Shown here piece after piece: positions 1 through 11,018 of a stretch of 64,000 nt of DNA. The notes beneath the pieces were generated by a model. It ran no database searches. It was given only the letters and a program-made list of their open reading frames with translations, and was not told the origin of the DNA. This stretch comes from Vitrella brassicaformis CCMP3155 (lineage: Eukaryota; Protista; Chromerida), in the NCBI GenBank assembly GCA_001179505.1, contig CDMY01000287.1, positions 62,001-126,000 of the forward strand. The letters are read 5' to 3'. The position numbers and the translations under genes are program-made. Each line of letters starts with the position of its first letter. The first letter of the stretch is position 1.

Positions 1-295
1 CAACAGCAACACCGACCGGGTACGTATTCGCCATCAGCAAACTCAACCAGAAGTACATCTCCCAGGGCAAGATCAACCTCTCGAAGTCACATTCGGTCCG
101 TTTCACAAACACACCCATGAAGGCACTCGTATGCATGCAGGTCGCTTGCCAGCCAACAAGAAGTTACGTGTCTGTCTCTGTGTGTCTCACGTCAGCCAAG
201 GAGAATAGCGACGAAAGCACCAACACCAGCCCAGCCGGCAGCAACCTCAACTACAAGTACATTCTGACCGGCTATAGAAATGACCGGCTATAGAA
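1..295 (+). CDS. 3' end of an unidentified spliced gene, running off the left edge of the window
   Basis: An open, GC3-rich stretch (TATPTGYVFAISKLNQKYISQGKINLSKSHS) is followed by a GT..CAG intron and a second exon (..NLNYKYILTGYRNDRL*). No family recognised. Confidence 0.35.
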
Positions 296-339
296 AAATT
301 TAGGGTTTAGGCCTAAGCCCTAAACCCTATAGAAAAATT
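265..339. repeat. 16-bp tandem duplication plus an inverted telomere-like (TTTAGGG) hairpin flanked by 13-bp direct repeats
   Basis: TGACCGGCTATAGAAA at 265-280 and 281-296. TAGGGTTTAGG (301-311) and CCTAAACCCTA (319-329) are exact reverse complements. CTATAGAAAAATT occurs at 288-300 and 327-339. Confidence 0.85.
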
Positions 340-559
340 GAGTTCACCCTTTCTCTCTTGACTACTGTCTCCCTCGTATTGGTGTCGATCTGTATCTGGC
401 TGGGCCTATCACGTGTTGTTTCAGCACACGCCAGATACGGATCGACACCAACCAGTGCAATGCCATCTGTATATGGTTGGCACAGTAGAATGCCCCCCAT
501 GCATTGCACCACTGTTGTCTCAGTCGCGCATACGTGCAAGGCACAGCAGGTCGCCGTGT

Positions 560-3500
560 TTTTCCGACCACACGTATCCTTCGTAGCTATATCGATCGCT
601 GCGTACATTTTGTATTCTGATGCGTTGGGACCAACTATATCATCAATTGTGCTTGCTGTGAATCGTTCCCCCGCAGATTCCATGTGACAGCCACCCTCGA
701 TACAGCCGCATACAAAAAACGAATACACAGAATACACCAGGAGCGAAGACATAAAGCCCAGATGGGGGGCCGATACATAAGCTGCCTGCCTCATACACGC
801 GTGACAACTAAGCTGTCCCTCTCCTCAGCATTCCCCTTGTTGAAGTAGCTCCCGTACGCTCCTGGCCGCAGATGTTCGACGAACAGAAAATGGACCCTGC
901 ACCGAGGCAAGAAAGTCACGGAAACAGTGCATTAATGCACAATGAATGCAATTGAATTTGGTTGGAGACTCACTTACTCACCTGTCGATAACACAGAGCC
1001 TGAGAATGATCCAACACGTGATCCAACTCGAGAGACTGACAAAGAAAGACACCACGTTCGTCAAAACCTCGTTCTTCCCCATTGGCTCCCATAACCCCAT
1101 CATCGATAGGGCTAACGACACGGCAGCCGACTGCACAGCATTACAGACCAGAAAAGTAATGAAATAAGAGGGCACCGGCAGGCCGGTCTGTATACATGCC
1201 ATTCCTCTCCATCAGGTGATCAATCTCACGCCGTTTCCACGCACACACGGCCACAGCAGCGCGATTGCGATGGGCGACGGAATAAGTGACGTACCAAATC
1301 GGACCCACAGCACACCATAGAACAGCAGATGTGCCAGCGACCACATGGAGATCAGCACATAGTAAGCCCCCTCGCGTACATAGAACAACGATCCAGCAGC
1401 AGCAGCAGCAGAAGCGCGTCGGTGCCGCAACCGCAATAGCACCTCTCGTGTGGCCTGGTGCACCTTCTCACCCTTGATCAGGCAGTAAGGCAGGAAGACC
1501 AAAGACATCAAGATCAACGACAGCAAGAAGGACACCCACTTGACGCCGCACGCTGCCACATTAGCATCCCATATGCCGCGAAGTCCGCCAGCTGTCGTCC
1601 AAAGGTCACGGCCGAGCACTCGAAGCATGGCGGCAAGCGTAATGATAAGCGCAACAGCCATCCGCAGACCACACCGAAGCGAAGAGCTGCCCCCATGCCG
1701 TCGCCCCGCCACCCAGTCGAAGGCGGCGAGAATGAGGCCGACCATGATGGCCGTCGGGATCACGAAATGGAGAGGGAGAGCTCTGGCGAGTATGTTGCTT
1801 CTGTCGCAGCTACAGATGGTTCCCAGCAGCAGCAACACACAGGCCATCAGGCTGTAGGCGAGAGCGAAGAGGGCGTCAGGGATGAGGCCGACCGGCAGAC
1901 AGAACGGACCACGCGGCCCGACGTCATAAAACCTGAACAACCAGACATAAGGCCCAATGCAAATCACAGCAGATCCTGTAGCGTACCGCAGACAGACGTC
2001 GCACGTCGACTTCCTGTTCCCCGGAGCGCACACCCATCCCCCCAGACACGCCTTGTGCACCCATCTGAGAGTGCCCTTGCAGCCACAAGGCGCCATGAGT
2101 ATGCCGGTCTCAGGAGTCTCGACAGAAGCATCATGGCAGAAGCGGCACACAGCAGCCGGCTCAGGCTGGGCCAGCCAGGACAGCATCGCCCTTCTCACCT
2201 GGCTGCCGTGAGTGAAGGGACGATCAGATCTGACAGACCGACAAGCTCATGCATTGTCGTGTGATTGCCTCATGCGATGTGACTAACTCACCGGGAACCG
2301 ATACCGAAGCAGAATTTGTACACACACTGTTGGTGGGTGCCTGTGAGCAGCCCGAATGCAGCCGCAATCGAGGAACGGGCGGCGGGATGGACCACTCGTG
2401 CAAGCTTGAAGCAGATCTCCCCGCGCAACGGGAGGCTTCAACAATGCATTCAATCTTCATGTCGGCCTGTCTGTGTGCGTGTGTGTGTCCAGTCGGCTCA
2501 CGGAAAGTCGAGGGAGGTGAAGATGAATGCGATCAACCACCCAGCCTCTCTGCGAGGAGTGTGCCTGACATGCACGGTGTGTGTACGGTGCAATGCCCCC
2601 CACACATTGCACCACTGTTGTCTCTGAAGAAGTCGCGCATAGTGTTTTTCCGACCACATGTATCCTTCGTAGCTATATCGATCGCTGTGTACTTTTTAAA
2701 TTCTGATGCGTTGGGACCAACTATATCATCAATTGCGCTTGCTGTGAATCGTTCCCCCGCACATGCCATGTGACAGCCACCCTCGATACAGCCGCTACAA
2801 ATAAGGAATACACAGAATACAATGGGAAGCGAAGACATAAAGCCCAGATGGCGGGCCGACAAATAAGCTGTCTGCCTCATACAGGCACGACAGCTAAAGG
2901 TCCTTCTTCTCAGTATCCCCCTTGTTGAAGTAGCTCCCGTACGCTCCCGGCTGCAGGTGCTCCAACAGCCTCTCAAGCCTACATCGAGGCCAGAAAGTCG
3001 CGCAAACAAATTGAATGAGTGCAACTCAATCGCTTACCCGTGCATAGCACAAATCGCAATCGCCCAACTCAAGAGGGCGAGAAAAAAATTGATCACTCTC
3101 CTCAGAATCTCGCTCTTCTCCACTGATTCCAATGTCCCCATCATCGATAAGATCAACGACACGGCTTCCAACTCCATAGAATAAGAGACACCAAGAGTGA
3201 TGAGAAAAAGGGAAACGACAGGCTGAACGATATACATCCAATTCCTCTCCACAAGCTGGTCCATCCCACGCCGCTTCCACGCACACACGGCCACCAGCAG
3301 CGCGATTGCGATGGGCGGCGGAATAAGTGACGGACCAAATCGGACCCACAGCACACCATAGAACAGCAGATGTGCCAGCGACCACATGGAGATCAGCACA
3401 TAGTAAGCCCCCTCCCGCACATACAGCGACACCACGCCCACAATCGCTCCACCCGCAGCAGCAGCACCACCAGCATCAGAACCGCGTCGGTGCCGCCACC

Positions 3501-4510
3501 GCAATAGCACCTCTCGTGTGGCCTGGTGCACCTTCTCACCCTTGATCAGGCAGTAAGGCAGGAAGACCAAAGACATCAGGAGCAGCGAGAAATAATACAT
3601 CGCCGCGCTGAAGGAGGACCCCCACTCGGGAACGCCGCACGCTGCCACATTCGCATCCCATATGCCGCGAAGCCCACCCGATGTCGTCCCAAGGTCACGG
3701 CCGAGCACTCAAGGCATGGCGGCAAGCGTAATGATAAGCGCGATAGCCATCCGCAGACCACACCGAAGCGACGAGGTGCCACCATGCCGTCGTCCCGCCA
3801 GCCAATCAAAGGCGGCGAGAATAAGGCCGATCACGATGGCCGTCGGGATCACGAAATGGAGAGGGAGAGCTCGGGCGAGTGTGTTGCTCCCGTCGCAGCC
3901 GATGTCGAATGTGATCAGCAGCGGCAGACAGGCCAGCAGACTGTAGGCGAGAGCGAAGAGGGTGTCTGGGATGAGGCCGACCGGCAGACAGAACGGGCCA
4001 CGCGGCCCAACGTCATAATCCCTGAAGCAACAGACACAAAGCAATACAGATATGCAGCCCTTTCTCCTTCTGTAGCTTAGTACTTCAGACAGGCGCCACA
4101 CGTCGACTTCCTGTTCCCCGGAGCGCACACCCATCCCCCCAGACACGCCTTGTGCACCCATCTGAGAGTGCCCTTGCAGCCACAAGGCGCCATGAGTATG
4201 CCGGTCTCAGGAGTCTCGTCACTCGCACCATGGCAGAAGCGGCACACAGCAGCCGGCTCAGGCTGGGCCAGCCAGGACAGCATCGCCCTTCTCGCCTGGC
4301 TGCCGTGAGTGAAGGGACGATCAGATCTGACAGACCGACAAGCTCATCCATTGTCATGTGATTGCCTCATGTGATGTGACTAACTCACCGGGAACCGATA
4401 CCGAAGCAGAATTTGTACACACAGTGTTGGTGGGTGCCTGTGAGCAGCCAGAATGCAGCCGCAATCGAGGAACGGGCGGCGGGATCGACCAATCGTGCAA
4501 GCTTGAAGCA
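560..4510. repeat. Tandem segmental duplication with a ~2.1 kb period (about 560-2450 and 2640-4510)
   Basis: 560-900 aligns with 2640-2960, and 980-2440 aligns with 3030-4510, with the same intron positions and near-identical RING exons (2010-2260 vs 4100-4360). Confidence 0.9.
978..2440 (-). pseudogene. RING-CH (RINGv/MARCH-type) multi-pass membrane E3 ligase, copy 1, frameshifted
   Basis: C4HC3 motif CRFC..PCGCKGTLRWVHKACLGGW..CDVC followed by several hydrophobic helices. Relative to copy 2 it lacks one base at ~1253 (CTGCTGTGG vs CTGCTGGTGG), giving a stop at 1212, and has an extra base near 1165. Confidence 0.75.
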
Positions 4511-4645
4511 GCAGATCTCTCCCCCGTCTGACGTGCTGTTGTGCTGCTGCTGGTGCTGCTGGTGAAGGATGGCGCTTGGTCCACGTGCATGAGGGCGGTG
4601 TCCCCCCTGCCGCTGCTGTCCTTCACTTCCCTGCTGCAAAACCAC
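3034..4645 (-). pseudogene. RING-CH (RINGv/MARCH-type) multi-pass membrane E3 ligase, copy 2, premature stop
   Basis: Same RINGv motif (CRFC..CGCKGTLRWVHKAC..CGAC), with introns near 4023-4083 and 4328-4388. There is an in-frame TGA at 3709-3711 where copy 1 has CGA, and the same frame continues to 3034. Confidence 0.75.
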
Positions 4646-7287
4646 CGCTCATCGTCGCCATTCATAGCGGCGCCCGAGAGGGCCCTGCGCTGCCTGTCCG
4701 GACAACGCACGCGGCAGAAATCACTCGCCGCGATGAATGGACACACCTGGAGGGACTCCTTGGACAAGGTAGGTATAGATCTGATCTCACAGCGTCACCC
4801 AGCACTGCCGTTTTGCTGTCGTGCATTTGCAGCTGGTGTCCATTCCGCAAGCCGAGGCGCCACAAGCAGGCAGGCCACTTCGCCACCGAGTCACCAACCG
4901 CAAGGAAATGAATCTCACACCCGCCTGTGTGTGTGGATGTGTGTGCAGTGGTGTACAGTGCAGGAGGGGGTGGGCACTTCTTCAAGTGGCTGTTCTCCAC
5001 CCCCGGGGCGTCGGCAGTCTTCCTCGAGGGGGCCATGCCTTACGCGCGACACAGCACTGAGAGGCTCCTGCAACGGGGGCGGCAGACGGTATTGCCGAAT
5101 CCCACCAGATCACCTGTGGTCAGGATAGTTGGTCTCTCCGCTCAGGTGCCGTCGAATTTTGTGGATGCTGAGATGGCGCGAGCATTGTCGAGGAGGTAGG
5201 GGCCCTGCCCTGCGCTCCCCCGACTCTCTCTCTGTGTGTGTGTATGTGTGTGTGTATGTGTGTGTGTGTGTTTGGTCCGGCAGTGCTCTTCAGTGTGCGA
5301 TGGAGATCAAGATCCGGGAAAGCGGCATACAGGCGGTAGGTCTGTGTCTGTGCGCGACACACACGAAATACATCACGCATAAAGTGTGAACGTGACGTCG
5401 TCGTCGTGTCGGCAGCTGAGCGACCGACTCGTGGGCATCGGCTCCACATGTGCCCTCGCATCCACACAGCCCAAGAGGTGAGGTGCGCAACCATGTGGCT
5501 CTCTCAACCGTGTGTGTGACTTCCCTCGTGTGTTTGTCCATCATCCATTCATTCAGGGGCGAGCATCGCGTGTATGTGTGTGCGACGTCGCTGCGGGGAG
5601 GCCGGCACAGCACGAGGGAATACGCCGCAATCCTGGAGAAGGTGCGATCCCTGGCACACACAACACACACACATGCACACACGTGTGTGTGTACACTTCT
5701 GCAGGGCCGTCGCAGCCGTGAGGAGGAAGATGAGCTGGTGGGTGTGTGTGGGGCGAGGGGTCAGTCAGGGATCTGATGTGCTCGCGCGGTGCATGGTTGT
5801 GTGCAGGTCAGCCGTGTGCTCCTCAACGCCCTCCTTGATCAGGCCGACGTACGTGAGCAGCCCCCCCACTCACCCGCCCATCAACCGGTGGTGCGTCACT
5901 CTTCAGGTGGACCGCGTTCCGACAGGGCTCGATGCCACTGGTGCGTCCCCTGGCAACGAGGAGCTCAGCGAGAGCAGCGACGAGGCACAGGACCCAATCC
6001 AAGACCTACTCGACGGCAAAGTCACACACGTATGTGCGATGGCTTCAGGCGTGTGTGTGTCATAGCGGCTGTGTTGATGTCTCTGTGCCGGTTTGTTTGT
6101 TGGTTCCTTTGCTCGTCAGGTGGTCCTGTGTGGCGGGAGTGGTTTGGTGGTGCCCTCTCCCCCTCTGAGCGACTGTGACATTCTGATGCTGCCCGGATCG
6201 TTCAACCCACTACACGAGGCGCGCACGCACACGCCCAGAGAGAGGGTCTAAGGCCGTGGTGGAGTCGTGTGTGTCCATGCGACGCATTTGCAGGGCCACA
6301 TCGGTATGGCCGAGGCGGCCGCCAATCTCCGAGGCACATCGATGTCAAGAGGTGGGTAGACCACCGACACACACGGGGATACACTGGTGCATCATTTTGT
6401 GTGTATGCAGTGGTGTTTGAGCTGTCGTGTGTGAACGCCGACAAGCCCACCATCTCACTCGACGAGATACACAGAAGGGCAGCACAGTTCAGAGGTCACA
6501 CATCACATAATACACACACCATATTGAGCACCACGCCGCTCTATCCATGTCAGTCACATCTGTCTGTCTGTGGCGTCTCTCTCTCTCTCTGCAGAGAGGG
6601 GGCTGCATCTGCTGCTGTCGAGCGCCCCCCTGTTCACGCAGAAGGCCGCTTTGGTGCGGGGGGTTACGTTCATCGTCGGCATGGACACGTTCGTCCGAAT
6701 CATCAGTCAGCACAGCACTGTGACCCACCTCTCTCCACACACACACACCACGCAACTCGATATGTGTGTGTGCAGATCCCAAGTACTATGGCGGCACGGA
6801 CGCTGGCGTGGCCAAGGTGAGAGGAGAGCACTCCAAATGCCCACAACACACGCAAGTCTCTGCTGTCATTCTCTCTCTCTCTGTCTCTGTGCAGGCGCTG
6901 ACCGAGATGCGGTCACACCGGGCGCACTTCCTAGTGGCTGGACGCACCGAAGGAGGGGTATCACACACACACACGCCCCACAGCACGGTCCTGCACCTAT
7001 TCATGTGTGTGGGCGTTGGTGTGTGCAGGCCTTCTTGCGCCTGGGTGACGTCACGCACGACGAGGGAAAGTTCGACGGCGTCAAGGGCATGTCAGATGAC
7101 GAGCTCAGCGACCTTTTTCAGGTACACACAGACAGACAGACAGACACATCGACTGTGCGGGGACCCATAATACGGTTTGGTGTGCGTGCGTGTGCAGGAG
7201 CTGCCCGACTTCCGTGTCGACATATCGTCCACCGAGCTGCGGGCCCGCATCAAGGACCAAAAAAGAAGAGGGTTGACTACAGATTGA
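4589..7287 (+). CDS. CinA-like N-terminal domain fused to an HxGH (NadD/NMNAT-like) nucleotidyltransferase domain; multi-exon; start at 4589 or 4733
   Basis: Spliced exons give GGGGHFFKWLFSTPGASAVFLEGAMPYAR, VGIGSTCALAST.PKRGEHR, RSREEEDELVS, LMLPGSFNPLHE|GHIGM, FELSCVNADKP, APLFTQKAALVRGVTFIVGMDTFVRII|DPKYYGG and RVDISSTELR, with a stop at 7285-7287. This is the motif order of the eukaryotic CinA-like/cytidylyltransferase-superfamily fusion proteins. Confidence 0.85.
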
Positions 7288-7551
7288 CCGACTGAGTGAG
7301 TGAGTGATCCATGTGTCTTGGATGGAGAAGCCAGAGGCTCTGACGCTGGTTGCGGTGGGCCATGTGAGCACAGGTCTCCCGCCACAGAGGCGCGGCAGAT
7401 CTGTATCACTCTTGTGCCCGTGACCTCCGTCTCAGCCTCTTGCCGGGGGGAATGCATGGCCATCTTAAACGTCTCAAAACATGCTTGCAATCCCCTCAAT
7501 GTGCAATCAGTTGCGAGCTCGACGCCAGTTGGAGATCTCGCAGATCTGAGC

Positions 7552-10124
7552 ATGTTCGCCTTTGGCTTAGTGTGGTTGCTCCTCGCCATTTGTTTGGTGA
7601 CGGTGGCTGACGCCGACAGGCGGTGGACAGGCAAGACCGCACGGCGAGCGGCGTTTGCCAAAGGCTTCCTGGACGTGCCAATCAAGCAGCCACAGAGAGA
7701 AGGTCAGGCCAACCGACCACTGGCAGTGTCACACACACATACACACAGATGGATGGATGGATTGATGGGCGAATGCATTCACACCTGTCTGTCACACTAC
7801 TGTGTGGCTGTGTGTGTCAGGTGTGATGCCGTCAAAGCAGAGGCAGCAGCTGCCACCGAGGCGCAGGCCGTCAACCACCACCCCCACTCCCACTCACCGC
7901 AAGCCACGACAACAACCAAGACAGACACACCAAGAACGACTCATGGTACACACACACACACACACACTCCAGAACAGACAGACAGACACACACTTCAGAC
8001 AGACATTCATCTCATCTGTTGGTTCCCTCCCTCATCCTGCCTGGCCTGCAGAGGACATTTTCCCCGTCTGGCCATCTGGAGGCGTTTGCCGCTGCCCCTC
8101 CAGGGCTGGAGGAGCTGGCGCGGCGAGAGATCAGCGGCATTGTTGCCGAGGAAGGGGCTGTGGGTGGGGTGGAGGCGTTGGCTGGAGGCGTGGCCTTCAA
8201 CACTGACCTGCAGGGGTGAGGGAGGGAGGGAGGGAGGGAGGGAGGATACACAGGGTGTGGTGTGTTGGATGCACACGACTGTGTGCGTGTGGGTAGGTTG
8301 CTTCGCTGCAATCTGTGGAGCAGGATTGCCACCAGGTGGGAAATGGGAAATGGGAAATGATACCACGATAGGATAGGAGGCTGGGCTGACTGCCTGGGCT
8401 GACTAACACCGGTGTGTGCCCCTCTCCCAGGCTATTGGTGCGGGTGGGATCCTTTCGCTGCAATGGCTTCCGCGACCTAGTCGAGGCTGTCGATGCGGTC
8501 GACTGGGCGCCCTTCGTCCCTGTGGGAGCCCGAGTGCGTGTGCGGGCTACGCTGTCCGGTTCGGCGCTGTACCACCAGAGGGCGGCCGAGCAGAGAGTCG
8601 GGCAGCGTGTGGCGGAGAAGACTGGTCGGTGTGTGCGTGTCCGTGTCCACTGGTGTGTGTGTTGAAACACACGGGGTGTGTTGTGTTGTGCTGTGCTGTG
8701 CTGTGCTGTGGGTGCAGGGGCGGTGTTTGTGGAGGGTGCGAGTGAAGATGTGGAGGGAGAAGAGAGAGAGGAGCAGCACATTCTGCTTAGAGGCAGGGTT
8801 TCACGCTGAAACCGGAAGGGACTGTGACCTTCTTGTGTGTGTGTGTGTGTTCGTGTTCGTGTTCGTGTGTGCAGTTGAGAACAACTGGGCCACGCTGAGC
8901 ATCGACTCATCGGGACCCTCTCTGTCCAAACGGGGATACCGGTGCGCGAGTGGACACCTGACAGCACAGCACCACACATACACGCTCTCCCCCTCTCTGT
9001 CTCTCTCTCTCTCCCCAGCCTCTACAGCGGCAAGGCGCCCATCCGCGAGAACCTCGCGGCGGCATTCCTGACCCTCTCTGGCTGGACATACGAGTGGGAC
9101 GGGGAGGGTAGTGAAGCTTCGTCAACGAGTGGCCAGTGCGAGAGGGTGCTGTACGACCCAATGATGGGGTCGGGGACCATCCCTATCGAGGCGGCCATGA
9201 TTGCCATCAACAAAGCTCCCGGTGGGTGGGCCACGCACCAGGAGAGCCGTCATATCTGCCCCTGTTATCTCTCTCCCTCTTTCTCTCTCTCTCCCTCTGT
9301 GTGTGTGTGTATAGGTCTGGATCGTTCCTTTGCGATGGATCGGTGGCCGTGTGTTGAGCCCACCGGGCTGCCAGCATCCCAGCGCGACGAGGCGATGGGC
9401 CGTATGCGGCCTGTGGATGACATCCCGCCCATCTTCGGGTTCGACCGCGATATGGGCGCTGTCGATAACGCTCAGGTGGGCCCTCCTGCACTTCTTGCAC
9501 TGACGGATGGAGGCGTATCCACGTGTGTCCGTGTGTGTGTCGGGATGGGTGTCAGGCCAACGCTCGTCGCGCAGGTGTCTACGGGGATGGCGGCAGCATG
9601 TGTCTGGAGCACGCCGCCCTCAAAACAAGTGCCTATCGGATGGCGGCCGACGAGAGGGTCATGGCGGCGGCAGGGGACCGGCTGATGGTGTGCAATCCTC
9701 CCTACGGCACACGATTCGGTGTGTGAGCGCTTGTGTGTGGTGTGAACAGACAGACACACTGATGGATGGATGTGTGTGTGTGTGTGTGTGTGAAGGTGCG
9801 GCTGACGAGCGCAAGGCCGAGCTTCAGTTCCGCGACCTCTACGATTCCATCGGCAACCTGCTGCAGCCAAACAAACCGCTGCACAGGTGGTCAGTGGGCC
9901 TCGTCTGCAACAGCAATCGGCTGGCGAACCGGCTCCGTGTGCCGCTGCGGACGGCCACGCCGCCCGTCGACTCGGGCGGGGCCAAGGTGCAGCTCTTTGT
10001 GAGCGATAAGACTGCATCTGCAAAGGCAGCAGCAGCAGCTGGAAGGAAGCCGCGAAGACGGCGGCTGACGGTCAAGAGGGAAGGGGCAACAGAGGGAGGG
10101 AGGGAGGGTAGCAGCAGCGGTTGA
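7552..10124 (+). CDS. THUMP + UPF0020 (RlmL/RlmKL N-terminal half-like) RNA guanine-N2 methyltransferase with an N-terminal signal peptide
   Basis: Exons encode [28 protein letters not shown]|[59 protein letters not shown] and VCNPPYGTR. The N-terminus [21 protein letters not shown] is signal-peptide-like. Confidence 0.88.
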
Positions 10125-10818
10125 CTGATCTGATTTGTCACTCACACGAACATGCAGGCAGACAGACAGGCAAGCGCGTCTGCTCGTCAATCCACGGACG
10201 GCTGAGATGGCATGAGTGTGTGTATGTATATACGCACACACACGAGTCGAAGGGACGACATGCAACGCAGAAGCGAAGCGGACAGGCAGCGCGAGCACAT
10301 GCAGAAGGACTAGGCAGGGAGGGAGGCAGGGAGGTACCCAGTTAGGCGTGTACCTAATTCACGATATCATAGCCACATCGGTGCGTGTGTACGCGACACT
10401 ACGTACGAAGGAAATCAACGCATCGCATCGCATCGCATGAAACAAGGCGGATGAAGTCAGTCAACGCGCAGCGAATGAATGCGATCATGGATCCCCTCCC
10501 ACACACCACACCGCCCCGCCTCATATGCACACACACGCACTTCCACATGGACAGGCAGACAGGTGTGGACAGACAGACAGGCTGTGTGTGAATTAGCGCT
10601 GTACACCCAAACCTACACCGATATATGGGCGTGTGAGTGACTAAACTACCGGCGGCGGAAAAACCCCAGTAAGTACACACACGCATACACACAGACATGC
10701 TCACATCGTAGTGATACCACACCACACGCCTCACACCACAGACGGCTGGCTGGCTGGCTGGCTGGCTGGCTGCACATCTCTCTCTCCACGCCTGAGCTCA
10801 TGTGTGTGTGAGGATCGA

Positions 10819-10980
10819 TCACGGCATCTTCGTCTTCAGGGCCTCAACAACCGCGGCGTACATGTCGGTCTTCTCCCCGTTGTCGTCATACAGCAACGGC
10901 CTCTCGACGTCCCCACCCAACTTGTCGTCACGCAGCCACGAGTCTGAGTTCCGCACACCCCACACACCTATCGCTGCACA

Positions 10981-11018
<38 letters not shown>

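Noticed and set aside
327-900. ORFs 327-794 (-), 358-687 (+) and their counterparts at 2249-3024 as protein-coding genes
   Set aside because: The two copies differ by frame-breaking indels and have no recognisable domain; treated as duplicated spacer/UTR sequence.
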